A stretch of DNA of 64,000 nucleotides from Balanoglossus misakiensis. Taxonomy: Eukaryota > Animalia > Hemichordata. Numbering within the stretch: position 1 is the first letter of the stretch; each line of letters begins with the position of its first letter. A program made the position numbers and the translations under genes. Of this stretch, positions 39,041-50,775 are shown piece by piece. Below the pieces are notes generated by a model, which worked only from the letters and a program-made list of their open reading frames with translations, ran no database searches and was not told the DNA's origin. Location: the NCBI GenBank assembly GCA_040954595.2, contig CM082586.2, positions 3,826,349 to 3,890,348 of the forward strand. Direction: 5' to 3'.

Positions 39041-42000
39041 CACAACAACAAAACCAGTTCTGGCTAGCCCAGTCTCGAGGAGAAGACCAGAGAGATTCCG
39101 GTGGATTTTTCTTACAGTCCTCCCCAGCAGGGTCCTCCGCGCCAAGTAAAACATGGCTGCCGGATCACGTGGTGTCCAAGGGCGGCGGCACCAGCTACCC
39201 TGGTCAGTGGTCGTCCACGCCAAACCTCGCCGGAGACAGAACGCAACAACATTTTGTCGACGTCACAAACGGCTACCAACAACCAAGTGTAACTCCCAGC
39301 AAGTTTCATCCACCTTCGTCACCCAAATATCCATCGTCTGTCACGTCGAGCGTCACACCGGGTAGATACCAGCCCATATCGTCACCCAGTGTAACACCCA
39401 GCAAATTCCAACAACAACATACAACCGACACTCTGACTAACTTTTCACCCGCTTTCTCTGCTAGTGTAGCGCCTTCCTCTGCTTCTAACTTCAGTACATT
39501 TACTAACAAGACCACTCCTGTCAGTGGCTTCACACCGGTCAGCACAGGTGGATATACACACAGCAACCAGGCGAGTAGCCCCATACCATTTACATTAGAT
39601 CAGACTTCGCCACCGAGAATGACACGACCGGTCTCAATGCCACCAACGTCGATTTCAGTGCTGCAGCAACAACAGCAACAGCAACCGATGACTTACCAAC
39701 CGACATCAGTACCACAACCGGTAGTAGACCATCAACGCCCGCAGTCCATGGTCTACCAACCGACTTCACTACCGCCGCAGTCGGTTGACCAACAGTACCA
39801 ACCGTCGCCAGTACCGCATGCAGTAGACAGGCAGCGGCACCAGCCCGCGCCCTATCAACCACCGGAGCCCCTCAGTCCGCCGGCGGAATCGCCAGAATTC
39901 TCACCTGTGCCACAGCAAAGAGACGCACAAGAGCAAATCCAACAACAACCATCACCACCACCACCACCAGCAACAACCCAACAACAGCCAGCACAGCAGC
40001 AGGTACAACCACCAAGGGCTGCTGTAACGCCACAAAAAGTCCTCCCCGTCGAGAGCCCCAAACCAGCACCAACTGAAGTAACCCGGACAACAACACAGAC
40101 AGCAGTCACAAAGAAAACGGAGCCTGTGCCAGCAGACGTCACCATAGAAACACCCAAAACAACACCAGTGAAAATCCTCTCCCCAGAGAAGACGCCACAA
40201 AAGCCAAGTGTGATTGAAGTGACAGATGTAACGCCAGTGAAAGAAAAAACAAGTGATGATGATACAGATGACGGCAAAGCTCTTGGATTTATTGTCGGCC
40301 AAGAATCGGTGAGTAGTATTTTATTTTGCTAAATTGGTATTGGATATTACCGGTAATTATGCAACTTCCAAAAAGACATTTTTGTGTGAATGAAATGATG
40401 CAGGGCCTAAAACAGTTTTAAAAGATGTCAGTTTGTGTGATGACTTGACTGATGTGACAATGATGTTGTGATCTTGCAGACGATGGATAACTCTGCTGCT
40501 AAGAAGAAAGAACACTTCTTGCGAAGCCGACTGAAAAGACAAGAAGAGGAACGTGCCAAGAAAGCGTTGAGGGAAGTTGAGTTAGAGAAGAAACGGGAAG
40601 AACAGAGGTAAGCCAGAAAATTGTAATTGTTAGGATTGTTTAACCCTCTCACCCCACCCCCACCCTCCAGCTCGCTTTGCAGAGGTCCATCTTAACATGG
40701 AAGCAAGTTAAGTAGATATCAGTGTTAAAGGGACGAAGTCTCTCTCTCACTGTTTATGTTTGTTACAAGACACTGTTTATGTTATTATTCTACATGCGCT
40801 CTATTAACTCAAAAGTTATTTGTTTCCTTGGCAACAGGAGAAAACAAGAAGAATTAGAGAAAAAGAAGGAAGAGGAACGGCTGAGGAGAGAGCATATTAA
40901 GCAACAATATCTGAAGAAGAAACAACAGGAAGAGCAAGATGGAGAAGTGAAAGAAAAAGAGAAGAAAGTGAGGAAACCCCGCCCCAAGTCACGTGTACTC
41001 AGTCGTCACATTGAGGATGACCTTGGCAGTGGGGAGTCTTTATCCTCAATGACTTCGCAGACATCACAAGGTAACGCCACTCGCTTCATTCAGAGTGTCA
41101 TTTCGTGTTTTATTTCCAATATTATCTCATTCTTTGAGATTTCTCTCCTTACCAAAACTTGTTTCAATTTAGGTTTTCTATAATTTTCATAGACAAGTTC
41201 TCAGAAAATTCATATGTATGTCAGACACTAATGCGAACTCAGCTGCTGTATCATTTATCATTATCATCATTTAACATCTGTAGTATGTTTCGTAACCTAA
41301 TACACATTGATTTACTAACAATAGTCCACTGTAATGTAATCAAAGTCTAGCTCACGGAAATTCTTAGAGTGAACTCTGTCATGCTAAACTCGCACAGTAC
41401 ATACCAGCTCTTCACTGTATATACAAATGAGAGCTGCAATCAGGGGTGTATCTATGCTACGCAGGGATTACTAATGCTGACGTTGCCCCAAGACTAAACA
41501 ATGATATACTAACATTCTCCATGTATGTCTTCTGTCACCATAGCTGCTGGAGTCAGTGCATTAACTGTTCCACTTGATAAAAGTTCACCACCCGCATTAT
41601 CAGTCACCAGTACAGACGGTGCTAGTGCTTCCTCTTCTTCATCTACGCCTTCTCTTGTAGCCGCTAACGGGGCTACGTCACAACAACATGTCACTGCTGA
41701 ATATACTGGTGTGTCTTCTGTCTTTCTGTGTGTCTATCAGTATCAGTCATAGACTCTCTCACAGCCCCTCTCGCCGTCCATGCAGGCTTATGGTCTGATT
41801 GCTCAGCGAGAGGTTCGCTACACAACACTAAACGATACTTCTCCCTTGCCAAACAGTTGAGGGCGCGTCAGTGAAGAGCCTTGTTGTAGCGAACCGTGGG
41901 CTGTGAGAGAGTCTATATCAGTCGTCTCTGTACATGTACGGTAGTTGTTTCTTAGACTAGCCCAGCTGTGCTGTTTTGCGTTTGATTTCTGGCGGTGATC

Positions 42001-42993
42001 TCAGAAGTGGGACACTGCGTGCTTGCACAAGTAGTGTTCTTATTTGATATCAATAAGATGAAGTAGATTCATGCATGTATTTGTATTCTGTAAGTAAGAA
42101 CACTATTTGTAATTTTGCTATTAATGTTTTGTCTGTAGGACCCAAGCTGTTCGTCAAGCCAACCTTTAAATCTAATCGTCACTTGATAACCAATGCCATA
42201 ACTCACTGTGTTTTACCTGGAGAAGTCAATAAAGGAATGAAAGACAAGATCTTGCAGGTTAGTTGACCATTGCTGATCTTACCTTTGAGGGAAGCTCAGG
42301 CCTGAAATCACTGTAGGACCTGAATGGCTAAAAGCAGGCAGAAAAGAGCTTTCCAGATGGATCACGTTCGATGTGATATTCTATGACAATCTTGTCAGTT
42401 CGAGCTGTTGAGTCTGTCTCGATCGATTCAAGGGGATGTGGTGTGTCTTGAAAAACCCTGATCAGCAATACAGAATCCTTACCCCACACTAATCAGAAAT
42501 TTTTTTTTACCTTCCATACTCAGGCTCTTGCCAAAGCTGATGTCAAGCATTTCATGATACTCTTCCGAGATTCCGGATGTCAATTCCGGGCGCTCTATTC
42601 CTACTCGCCGGAGTCGGAAGATATGGTCAAATTCTACGGAACGGGACCTCGACAAGTCACTTCCAGTATGGTAGAAAAAATATTCAAGTGAGTTCATATC
42701 AAGTGTTGGCATCATCTTGTCTGCAATGTTTGGCCAATCAGTGTTGTATCTAATTATGAAGAGGTGTTGTTCAGAGCAATGGAAGAAAAACATGTTTTCT
42801 TTTACCCATTGATACATTTGTTTATGTACATTTTTTATTTTTTATTTCTAGGTATAATTCTGGTGGAAAGCATTTTTCTGTCATTCCTTCCAAGACGCTG
42901 TCGGTATCAGTGGATGCATTTACAATTCATAATCATCTGTGGCAGAGTAAGAAAGTAGTTCCAGCTGGGAAGAAGCCTTTGTCGTCACACTGA
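30173..42993 (+). CDS. CAMSAP: CAMSAP/Patronin microtubule minus-end binding protein (CH domain, coiled coils, CKK domain)
   Basis: Exons: 30173-30262, 32814-32912, 33067-33282, 33821-33906, 34183-34348, 34806-34926, 35295-35546, 35963-36122, 36809-36982, 37455-40308, 40480-40607, 40838-41070, 41544-41708, 42139-42257, 42524-42687, 42852-42993, all phase-consistent. Motifs: EDALLFWINKV, DLGDGC, MSFADSIFNLQ (CH); IRMKLEEKRRLIE...QRMGKAAFLQVV (CC1); EYTGPKLFVKP...HFMILFRDSGCQFRALY...KYNSG (CKK). The start ATG is ambiguous among 30173, 30194 and 30209. Confidence 0.93.
33325..33464 (-). repeat. Dispersed palindromic repeat, copy 2 (CAMSAP intron)
   Basis: Inverted copy of 29525-29630 that also contains a hairpin with arms of about 30 bp (33325-33403). 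Confidence 0.88.
35051..35152. mobile_element. Short MITE-like remnant
   Basis: GGCCAAA...TTTGGCC ends with an internal CCTACCTACCCTATTTTT. The inverted termini are short. Confidence 0.4.
36168..36301 (+). repeat. Dispersed repeat family B, copy 1
   Basis: CGATCATCTTATGCGCATGTGCCAAACC...AGAGACTC...GTCAATGCC...GAGATCGGG is shared with 57928-58082. Confidence 0.85.
41750..41915. mobile_element. MITE with 18-bp TIRs and a target-site duplication
   Basis: Perfect TIR TAGACTCTCTCACAGCCC/GGGCTGTGAGAGAGTCTA, internal inverted repeat GGTTCGCTACA/TGTAGCGAACC, and flanks TATCAGTCA/TATCAGTCG. Confidence 0.85.
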
Positions 42994-44484
42994 AAGCAAC
43001 TTGTGCAGTCAAACACACATGGGATATCTCTGTAGTCTATTCATGTTACATGGCCTTGGTTTTGTGAATGGTGGTGTAGGTCAAAGGTCATGATATACCT
43101 TTATATATTGACCTAGGTCATAATGTAGTCCTTTATGAGTCAGTCTTTTCCTGTATAGGTCATAGTCACATAGTGTTCATGTGCATTGTACTTGCTGTTT
43201 GAGGTTTTCCTGCTGTAGTGAATTTAGACATTCATTGTTACTTCATTAAACCTGTGTGTCTGCCAGTTGTAATTCATTGATAATTTATTCACTATATTAT
43301 ATTAGTCTGGTGAATTACATTTGATGCAATGAACTTGATTCTCAAAATATAGTCCTATGGAATTTTGCAAAAGATGCTGTTAAGAATAGTATCTTAATGT
43401 ATTGGGTGTGGCAACAATGATATAGTACTTTCCGATACGATGATGATAAAATGTAAAAATATAAAGTGAAAAAAAAATGCATTTTCATGAAAATAGGTGT
43501 TTCATGATATGAAATTGGAGCACCTTGACGCTGTTTATGTGGCCGTTAGTTTTGAAAGTCATTTTGAATTTGAAGGTGATCTGTAGTGTTTCTTTGGCCG
43601 TGCTTTGCCTGTCTCTCTCCGAGAAAGAATCTTACTGGGTGATACATCATCACATTGCTAAAACTGAACCTCAGCTGTTTCCATGGTGACTGAACTATAC
43701 GTGTAATGTTTGAAGTCACATGACCGGGCTTAGGTCACACTGTAGTCAAGACACCACCAGAGAACTTTCGACTTCATAAGTTGGCGGTGGTTCCCCTATC
43801 CCATTCTGTAAGTGTTGTGTTTCCCCCTTGTCTCCCTGCTATGTACTATACGCAGCACCACAAAAACTTTCATATTGTCATGGCGATGGGTATTGTAGTG
43901 ATAGCATTTGTAGTGAAGGGTTTCGACACTGCCAATATATATATAAAGCTGTTATTTGCACAAGCACTGTGACGTGAAGACTTATCTTTGCTGATGTTGA
44001 TAAGTTATTTTAGAGTGGATGTCAAAATAATTTGCTAGTGTTTTATGTATATAAGCCTTTATTTTGTAAAGAAAATTTCTATGTATATGGTGACACTGTT
44101 TAAGCAGCTTTTTCTGTTTCTGTATAAATGTTGTTACTGTGACAATTGGAGCCAGAATGAAACAGCCGTTATTATTGGTCCACTGTGCACCATTTCATTC
44201 ATGTAATTTTTTTTATTACTTTTTGTAATTTTTTCCCGTCAATTTTATGTACTGCTTCAAATAAAGCACAGAATTTGAAAACCATTTTGTTTGTTTACGT
44301 TATTTCCACCCGTAGGAACGAGGCTGTAAAGGTCACATACAGGGGTCATGGAAGTTGCCTATTTGGTCAACTGACATGTACAAACTGAATGTCCTACAGT
44401 GATACACTATGTATAAGTCTCAAAAGCAATTTTTATTGAGCAGATGTTGTAAAATCCACATCAATTTAATCACAAAGAAATCAT

Positions 44485-45659
44485 CTATGGTTCAGCATCT
44501 TTGGATGGGTTCCTTGTATAGATCACCTGTGAATGATGTTTTACAACTTCTTTGATCAAACCTGTTCAAAAAAAACACAGAAAATTAGAAAAGTTGTGCC
44601 AACTTCAGAGAATAGACAATACCGAGGAAGGGGTGATCTGTCAAAATTACTTGAGCATGATTGTGTATGTGCTATCCAAAACAAAAAGTGAGCACAATAT
44701 CTGAGTAAATGTGTTACTTCATCAACTATCACTCATTCTGATCATTTTAAAATATTATCCCTACCTTTTGCCAAAAGTTCTTTGAGCGCAGCCCTTGCAA
44801 GGGATCCTCTGACCTTTAACCTTTCCGATACAACAGATGGTGTGATCAGCTTGTAACTAGGAACTTCTTTGTATAATTTATCATGGGTGGCTTTGTCAAA
44901 TAACACCAGGTTGTTCAGCTTGTCACGTACTTTTCCTTTGGACCATTTCTGCATGAATAAGGACAGAGAGTTAGTATTTTTCCTTGCTGAATACATGTAC
45001 ATGAAGAATGCAGGGCACATATCTCCAAGTCATTCTAGGAATTTGACTGATCAATTCTCACCTTCTTTTTTGCTTTACCTCCTTGTGACTTAGGCTTGTC
45101 AGATTTTTTGGGATTTTTATCCTTTCCCTTCTGCTGCTGTTTGGGAGGCTGCAAAAACATAAAGGCAAAGTTGGATGATATAAGTCTTGGTAATGTTAAC
45201 ATATATGTACAAGTAATGTACATGATACATACATCTGATGAAATAAACGTAATGCATACATTGAGACGTGTGGTGAATGCATGCAAGAATTCACAGTGTA
45301 CGTCACGTCTACTTTCAATAACTCAATTGGCTGCAGTGTCATACTTAACAATGAACTTGATTATTATATGCAGTCACCAGCAGGGAGCTACGCGTTCATT
45401 TTGATTGGAAAACCTGCCAAGGCCATGTCAACATGTTTTTGGCAGCCATTTTGAAACCAGGCATGGTTTCTAATACCGGAAGTAGGGAACCACGATTTTA
45501 AAAGCGGGTACGCACGTTAATTTATAACTATTGTACCTTTCCACGCTTATTGCAACATTATTGGTAACAGGGCGGGCCATATACCGTTAAAATAATAAAA
45601 GATCGTATGCACAAAACCCATGAATCGGTCAATATTTAGAGGCACATCGAACATACCAT
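44485..45659 (-). CDS. RPS25: 40S ribosomal protein S25 (eS25)
   Basis: Exons 45659-45657 (ATG only), 45148-45062, 44948-44765, 44561-44485. Translation includes [60 protein letters not shown] pyrimidine tract (5'TOP-like) lies near 45695-45684. Confidence 0.97.
45441..45453 (-). promoter_or_regulatory. YY1 motif in RPS25 intron 1
   Basis: CAAAATGGCTGCC on the minus strand. YY1 sites downstream of the start site are typical of ribosomal protein genes. Confidence 0.5.
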
Positions 45660-46373
45660 GATGCCGAGCTGAGTTCTCAGTCAGAAAGGGAGATCCCTGA
45701 AATGTACAACGTGAAACCCGTATAACAGGCTCGTTTCCAATATATGCCATCTGCCTAAAAGGTATTTGTGATTTTGGTATTTATTAAACGTATAAAAGGC
45801 TGCAATCTACTTAATTTAATACTAATTATAATTAAGTTACCTAAAACAAATACAGATATATGACAACATGGTTCCACAAAGACACGAATAGCGCGCGTCG
45901 TCTACAATAAGTTCGAGGTTGATCATTGGGGTCAAAGTTCATCCATACTTCTGTGCATGTGTAACATGTGTCGAGCGCTAGTACAGCATTGAGCCAGGCA
46001 GAACTTTATCAAGAAAACGGAATTCCAGGTTTGTTTAGATTACCAATACCTTCCTAATCACACGGACCACTCTAGGGCTACAACTACTTTAAACATCGAG
46101 TGTTCGGCCGTGGCTACACCGCCGGGCCACGGCCGTTGTCAGTTTTTGTCTGGACAGGCGTTGGTGGCGTTGTTCGAGGAATGACGTGACCAGGTGATAA
46201 TTTTCCACATATACTGCGTGGAGTTCGGAACCAATGGTCTCATAGATTCCATAGTCCATAAGGAAATATTGCAAATAGAGAAAATAACAGAATACATATT
46301 TGCAAAATCAAAAATGCCTTGTTAATGTTGATATCATTCATTAATGTTTTTGGTGCAGATCATTTTGAACAAG

Positions 46374-47501
46374 ATGTTGCAGAGATTCCCGTCCCTGTTA
46401 AAGTTGAATCGAAGAAGAATTGGATATGTGAAATTTTCACAGTCTTCATGGTCCGTACAAACGAGCAGCCATGAACTTAACCAGCATGGAGTGAGAAGAT
46501 TGTCCATCTTTTCATGTGTTTACCAGACTTGGTCAACACAACCTATGAATGTATACAGGAAAGGTTTTAATCCACTTCAACAATGCCTAGCATCAACACA
46601 TACAGGGAAAAGTTCTGCTGGAGATGTACAAGAAATTGTGAATGATTTGACTAACGAGATCACGATGAGGAATTCTGAAATGTCTGCCCACGAGAAAGAG
46701 AGTTTACATGTACTTGTTGAGAGACTTGCTGAAATGGGTGTGGAGAGGGAAATCATTATGCAAATCGTATGCAAAAACCCAAACCTTGTCAATTGCCAGA
46801 AAGAAATTCTGAACAGTTCCTTGATGTTCCTGTTTAACCTCAATTTCAGTCCAAATGATATCTACAGAATATTAACCAAAGCTCCACATATTTTAAGTAG
46901 AGATGTCATCCAGTTAAATAACAGAGTCAAACAACTGCGAAAACTGCGCATCCAAGAGGGAAAATTGCAACGAACAATTGCATCGTTTCCCGACATCTTG
47001 TTGATTTCAAATAAGCAGTACAAAGCAGTCATACAAACATTTAAAGAAATGTGCGGGTTTACATCGGAGCACATCCGGCAGATCGTCGAGACGTGTCCGA
47101 ACGTGCTCGGCGACGACCCGGAAAAAATCCACACCAAGTTTCACTATGTGTACTTCACTAAAAACTTGACTAACTTAGACAGCCTGGTGCGGGCGAGGCT
47201 GTTCAAGCACAACGTGTATCATGTCAGGAAGCGGATTCTCTTCCTTGAAAGAATGGGCTTGTTCGAGGTCCCCGACAAGAAGGGAAACACGAGCATTCTC
47301 AATCCATCTCTGAAAGCCATCATTGATATCCCAGATCAGAGGTTTGCCAAAGGGGTTGCCAAGGCAACAATTGAAGAATATCAAATGTTCGGAGAGGCTC
47401 TGAGAAGAGAGGATGAGATTGATGACGACGATGATGCCTACAGTAGTGATGAAGATTTTGATGATGAAATGACATTGTTCAGGGATAAAAACGATGTATA
47501 G
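46374..47501 (+). CDS. MTERF4: Mitochondrial transcription termination factor family protein, MTERF4-like
   Basis: Single coding exon after an acceptor at 46358. Basic presequence-like N-terminus, mTERF repeats (KNPNLV, KAPHIL, SFPDIL, TCPNVL), KFHYVYF, RILFLERMG...PDKKG...NPSLKAI, and an acidic tail. Confidence 0.82.
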   Translation: MLQRFPSLLKLNRRRIGYVKFSQSSWSVQTSSHELNQHGVRRLSIFSCVYQTWSTQPMNVYRKGFNPLQQCLASTHTGKSSAGDVQEIVNDLTNEITMRNSEMSAHEKESLHVLVERLAEMGVEREIIMQIVCKNPNLVNCQKEILNSSLMFLFNLNFSPNDIYRILTKAPHILSRDVIQLNNRVKQLRKLRIQEGKLQRTIASFPDILLISNKQYKAVIQTFKEMCGFTSEHIRQIVETCPNVLGDDPEKIHTKFHYVYFTKNLTNLDSLVRARLFKHNVYHVRKRILFLERMGLFEVPDKKGNTSILNPSLKAIIDIPDQRFAKGVAKATIEEYQMFGEALRREDEIDDDDDAYSSDEDFDDEMTLFRDKNDV

Positions 47502-48994
47502 AACACACAATGCTGAAAGTTGTGACATTGTAAAAATATTTTCCGACTTTGCGAATCTTCGAAATTCTTCATTTTTTGAAAAAAAAACATAATACAAAGA
47601 TGATGTGGGGTACTATTTAATCAAATGTATCCACAGTAACAGCATAGAAATAAAAAAAAATGATTTTACAATAATGTTCGGATTAATGAACGGACGGACA
47701 TCGAACATCGAACGCTTAGTTTAGACTTTGATCGTCTTATTACGTAGTAACTGATTACATAGGTCAAAGATTAGAAAAGTTAGCATACCAGATGAACTCA
47801 TGATATAGTTATAACACATCAGACTCAGTAAAGAGATCAGCAGAGGGCCTTGCGGAAAATAATGGAGCAATTTATTACATGATTGCTCTTTTTCTAACCA
47901 TGGCACCCTGCGCTCAATCGAATCATGCCTATGTTATATCATATCCGTGACGGCCATCATAACACCCTACCAGCTGTTATTTAGAACATAGTTTATAGCC
48001 GGTGTCCTTTTGTTTATTTATATATATGCTAATCAATGCATTGTGGATTGTAACCTCCTGTAATTTGCATAGAGTTATGCTGAACGGTAAACGGTAACCC
48101 CAGTCTATCGTCATGAGGTGTCTAATATTCACACGCTTCCGACTGCAATAAGTGACAGGAACTCAAATTGTCTGGCCTCACCTCACCAATGTCAAGGGTA
48201 AGTTTCTTTCGCCTTAGCTTCTTAAAAGTATAAATTACCAAGCGTGATAAAGACTTGTTGTTTTTACGTAAGCAAAAATTTGGGTCTAGCAAAACACACG
48301 GCTGTGCTGTGGCTGGCCAGCCGCTTGTCATTAAAAAGAGCAGTCGACAAAAATAGCTTGCCTCGAGTTTGGGAGGTTATATTTGCACAACCAAAAATAG
48401 CGCCGCTATGAACTCTTGTGCACAACAAATATGACACAAAATGTGGTGGTCTGGATAAAAAATATCAGTGATCAGTTTATAGTGGATGGAACTGTAATGA
48501 CATTAATTGGTGGTACGAGCATATGTTACACTGATAGACCAATTTGATCGGACATCTCCATTGATTCGAAATTGGATACCTGTTACCTTGGATACAACGT
48601 CAATATCGAGGCTGTCGCAAAATTTGTTTCAGTGCATTCTATATCAACTCGGCAGTTGCGTGTTTTCTATCTTTGTTTAGATTTAAACGAAAATAGTCTA
48701 AACTGTCAACAAGGCTAGTACCCCCACAGGTGCATTACCTTGAAATTTGTGAAAAACGTTTACATTTTGACAAAAGAGCATGTGTTATACTTAATTTTTA
48801 AAAGTAGTGATATGTAACTTTTAAGATGGGTATTTAATTTGCATACTTATTTGCACTTCAATAATTAGAGGAATTTATCATTAGCGTTGTCTGTATTGTT
48901 GAGAGTTAACCCATTCTAAGCCAGTGCAGAACAGTGTACGTGCCTGAACAAAAAGATGAATATAGGTTTATCTATTGTTTCAGGTTGTAGCGCC

Positions 48995-50560
48995 ATGGCG
49001 TCGAGTAAACGTCAGCGATCCCCGTCGATTTTTTCAGAGTTTTCATTTGAGTCAGGGGAGTACCCAGTGGACATGGAGATCCGTTGTCAAGACGCCATCT
49101 TTTATGCCAATTCAAGTATCCTCGTCAAGATGAGCGGCTTCTTCAGGATACAACTCTCAGAGCATTGGAGACCAAAACAGCGTCATCTTCAGTTCACGGC
49201 AACGCCGCCGACGGCGACGGGGTTCCACGCTGTTCTCTGCTTGGTTTACAACGAACAGGTGGTTCCCGACACCATGGCGGAACTGATGCAGTCTGCAGAT
49301 TTTTTACAAGTTGAACTGGAGAGGGAACACTTTACTGATATGATTACACCGCAAAACTGGTTACAATTACTGGACGACGCATCACAATTTAATCACGTGA
49401 ATTTGGTTGACTGTCTATGCGACTACGTGGCTGAACATCACGATTTTTTGGTCAATACAGAACAATATAAACATGTGAACGATGAACACAAACAAATAAT
49501 CAACAGAAAGCTGGAGTCGACAGGAAATTTATTCCAAACCGAAGTTCTAGCTAGTGTTTTGTCGTACACGTCGTCAACTAAAGAGAAGGTTAAGTGTTTC
49601 TATGACAACAAAACCGAAGCATGGTACCAGCTATCGGGCAACGGACATTCGAAAATGGAAAGGCAGGGAAAAGATAATTGCACGCATGCCGAGAGTGCGA
49701 GTTTGTCTTTGAAAGAAAACGTACAGCAGAGCGGTGCCTTTGCTTCCGACGGCGCCGTAGATGACAGCGACGCCATCATATATGACGGCCATGATACGCG
49801 TCACATCATCAAAAGAACGCTTGAAAACAATGAGATTACAATTCACAGTTGTCAGGTGTCCAAAATTCAGGTACTGAAATACGCCATCCACCATTTGCCT
49901 CCCCCGTTTTTTCACGCAGTTGACATGAAAATTGAAGACGTTTGCTTTTGCGGAAATTTGATTAACTTATTCATAACAGCAACTCCAGGTGTAGGACAAA
50001 CACATAAACTCAATTCCTACCCATACCTGACAATTGTGACATTGGATCTCTCCGATATCAATGACAAAATGAATGGTCGCGCGAATAAGTCAGTGAAACC
50101 GACCAGTCTTTTGTCATGGCAACGTCTTTTGAACATCGTGTCACAAAGTGGTAAGACGTACATCGTTACCATGCAACCAGGTAAAAGAAATACGATACAT
50201 ATTTACAGATATGACAGCGGTAGAATTGAACAGATTTGCGAGAGAGTAGTCGAGAGACTGGTAAGCACAGCTTTGGTCAAGTATAGAATATATTTCCTGG
50301 ATAACGCGGACACAGACGGTATAATATATTTCAGTTTCCATAGCAACGACTGGGGGCTTATACCCTACCCACCAAATATCGAAAGAAGCAAACATGTTGT
50401 GGGGCTGAAAACCAAAATGGTACCTCGAGATTCGACTGAATTTACGGTGAAGATGAGAAACACAGTCGGTCATGTAGATTTTGATGGAAACAAAAGAAGG
50501 CTTCCTTTGATGGTTCAAATCATTCGAATTTTATACGGTCGCTGTCTGTGTGCAAAATAG
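48995..50560 (+). CDS. BTB/POZ and BACK-like protein with a divergent beta-rich (kelch-like?) C-terminus
   Basis: BTB pattern DMEIRCQDAIFYANSSILVKMSGFFR...ELMQSADFLQV, followed by BACK-like ITPQNWLQLLDDA. Kozak ATG (gccATGg) at 48995 follows an acceptor at 48983. Confidence 0.75.
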   Translation: MASSKRQRSPSIFSEFSFESGEYPVDMEIRCQDAIFYANSSILVKMSGFFRIQLSEHWRPKQRHLQFTATPPTATGFHAVLCLVYNEQVVPDTMAELMQSADFLQVELEREHFTDMITPQNWLQLLDDASQFNHVNLVDCLCDYVAEHHDFLVNTEQYKHVNDEHKQIINRKLESTGNLFQTEVLASVLSYTSSTKEKVKCFYDNKTEAWYQLSGNGHSKMERQGKDNCTHAESASLSLKENVQQSGAFASDGAVDDSDAIIYDGHDTRHIIKRTLENNEITIHSCQVSKIQVLKYAIHHLPPPFFHAVDMKIEDVCFCGNLINLFITATPGVGQTHKLNSYPYLTIVTLDLSDINDKMNGRANKSVKPTSLLSWQRLLNIVSQSGKTYIVTMQPGKRNTIHIYRYDSGRIEQICERVVERLVSTALVKYRIYFLDNADTDGIIYFSFHSNDWGLIPYPPNIERSKHVVGLKTKMVPRDSTEFTVKMRNTVGHVDFDGNKRRLPLMVQIIRILYGRCLCAK

Positions 50561-50775
50561 TGCGAGATTTCCTTAATGGGAATATACTATTATCTAGTTG
50601 ACGAGTCATGCAATGGAAAAGCCTAAAGCAGCGAACCATTAACCTCGATCTGTTATAACCAGTTTGTCCATACGTTCGCACACAAGCCATGAATGGTTGC
50701 TATGATCAAAGTTGAATTTGGAGCAGAAAAGTCTTGGCGGCCTGGTAACTGCTGTTCTGCCGGAGATTTCATTCT

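Noticed and set aside
37314-40302. Multiple minus-strand ORFs of 65-209 aa
   Set aside because: Antisense shadows of the large CAMSAP exon.
42287-42298. GAGGGAAGCTCA resembles the 5' end of vertebrate RNase P RNA
   Set aside because: The conserved CR-I (GGAAGGTCTGAG-like) and CR-V (ACNNAANTCAGAC) motifs are absent and the region is too short, so it is kept only as an unclassified structure.
44562-44764. Possible H/ACA or C/D snoRNA in RPS25 intron 3 (minus strand)
   Set aside because: An H-like box and ACA exist, but the 5' hairpin is too short and the C/D boxes lack a terminal stem.
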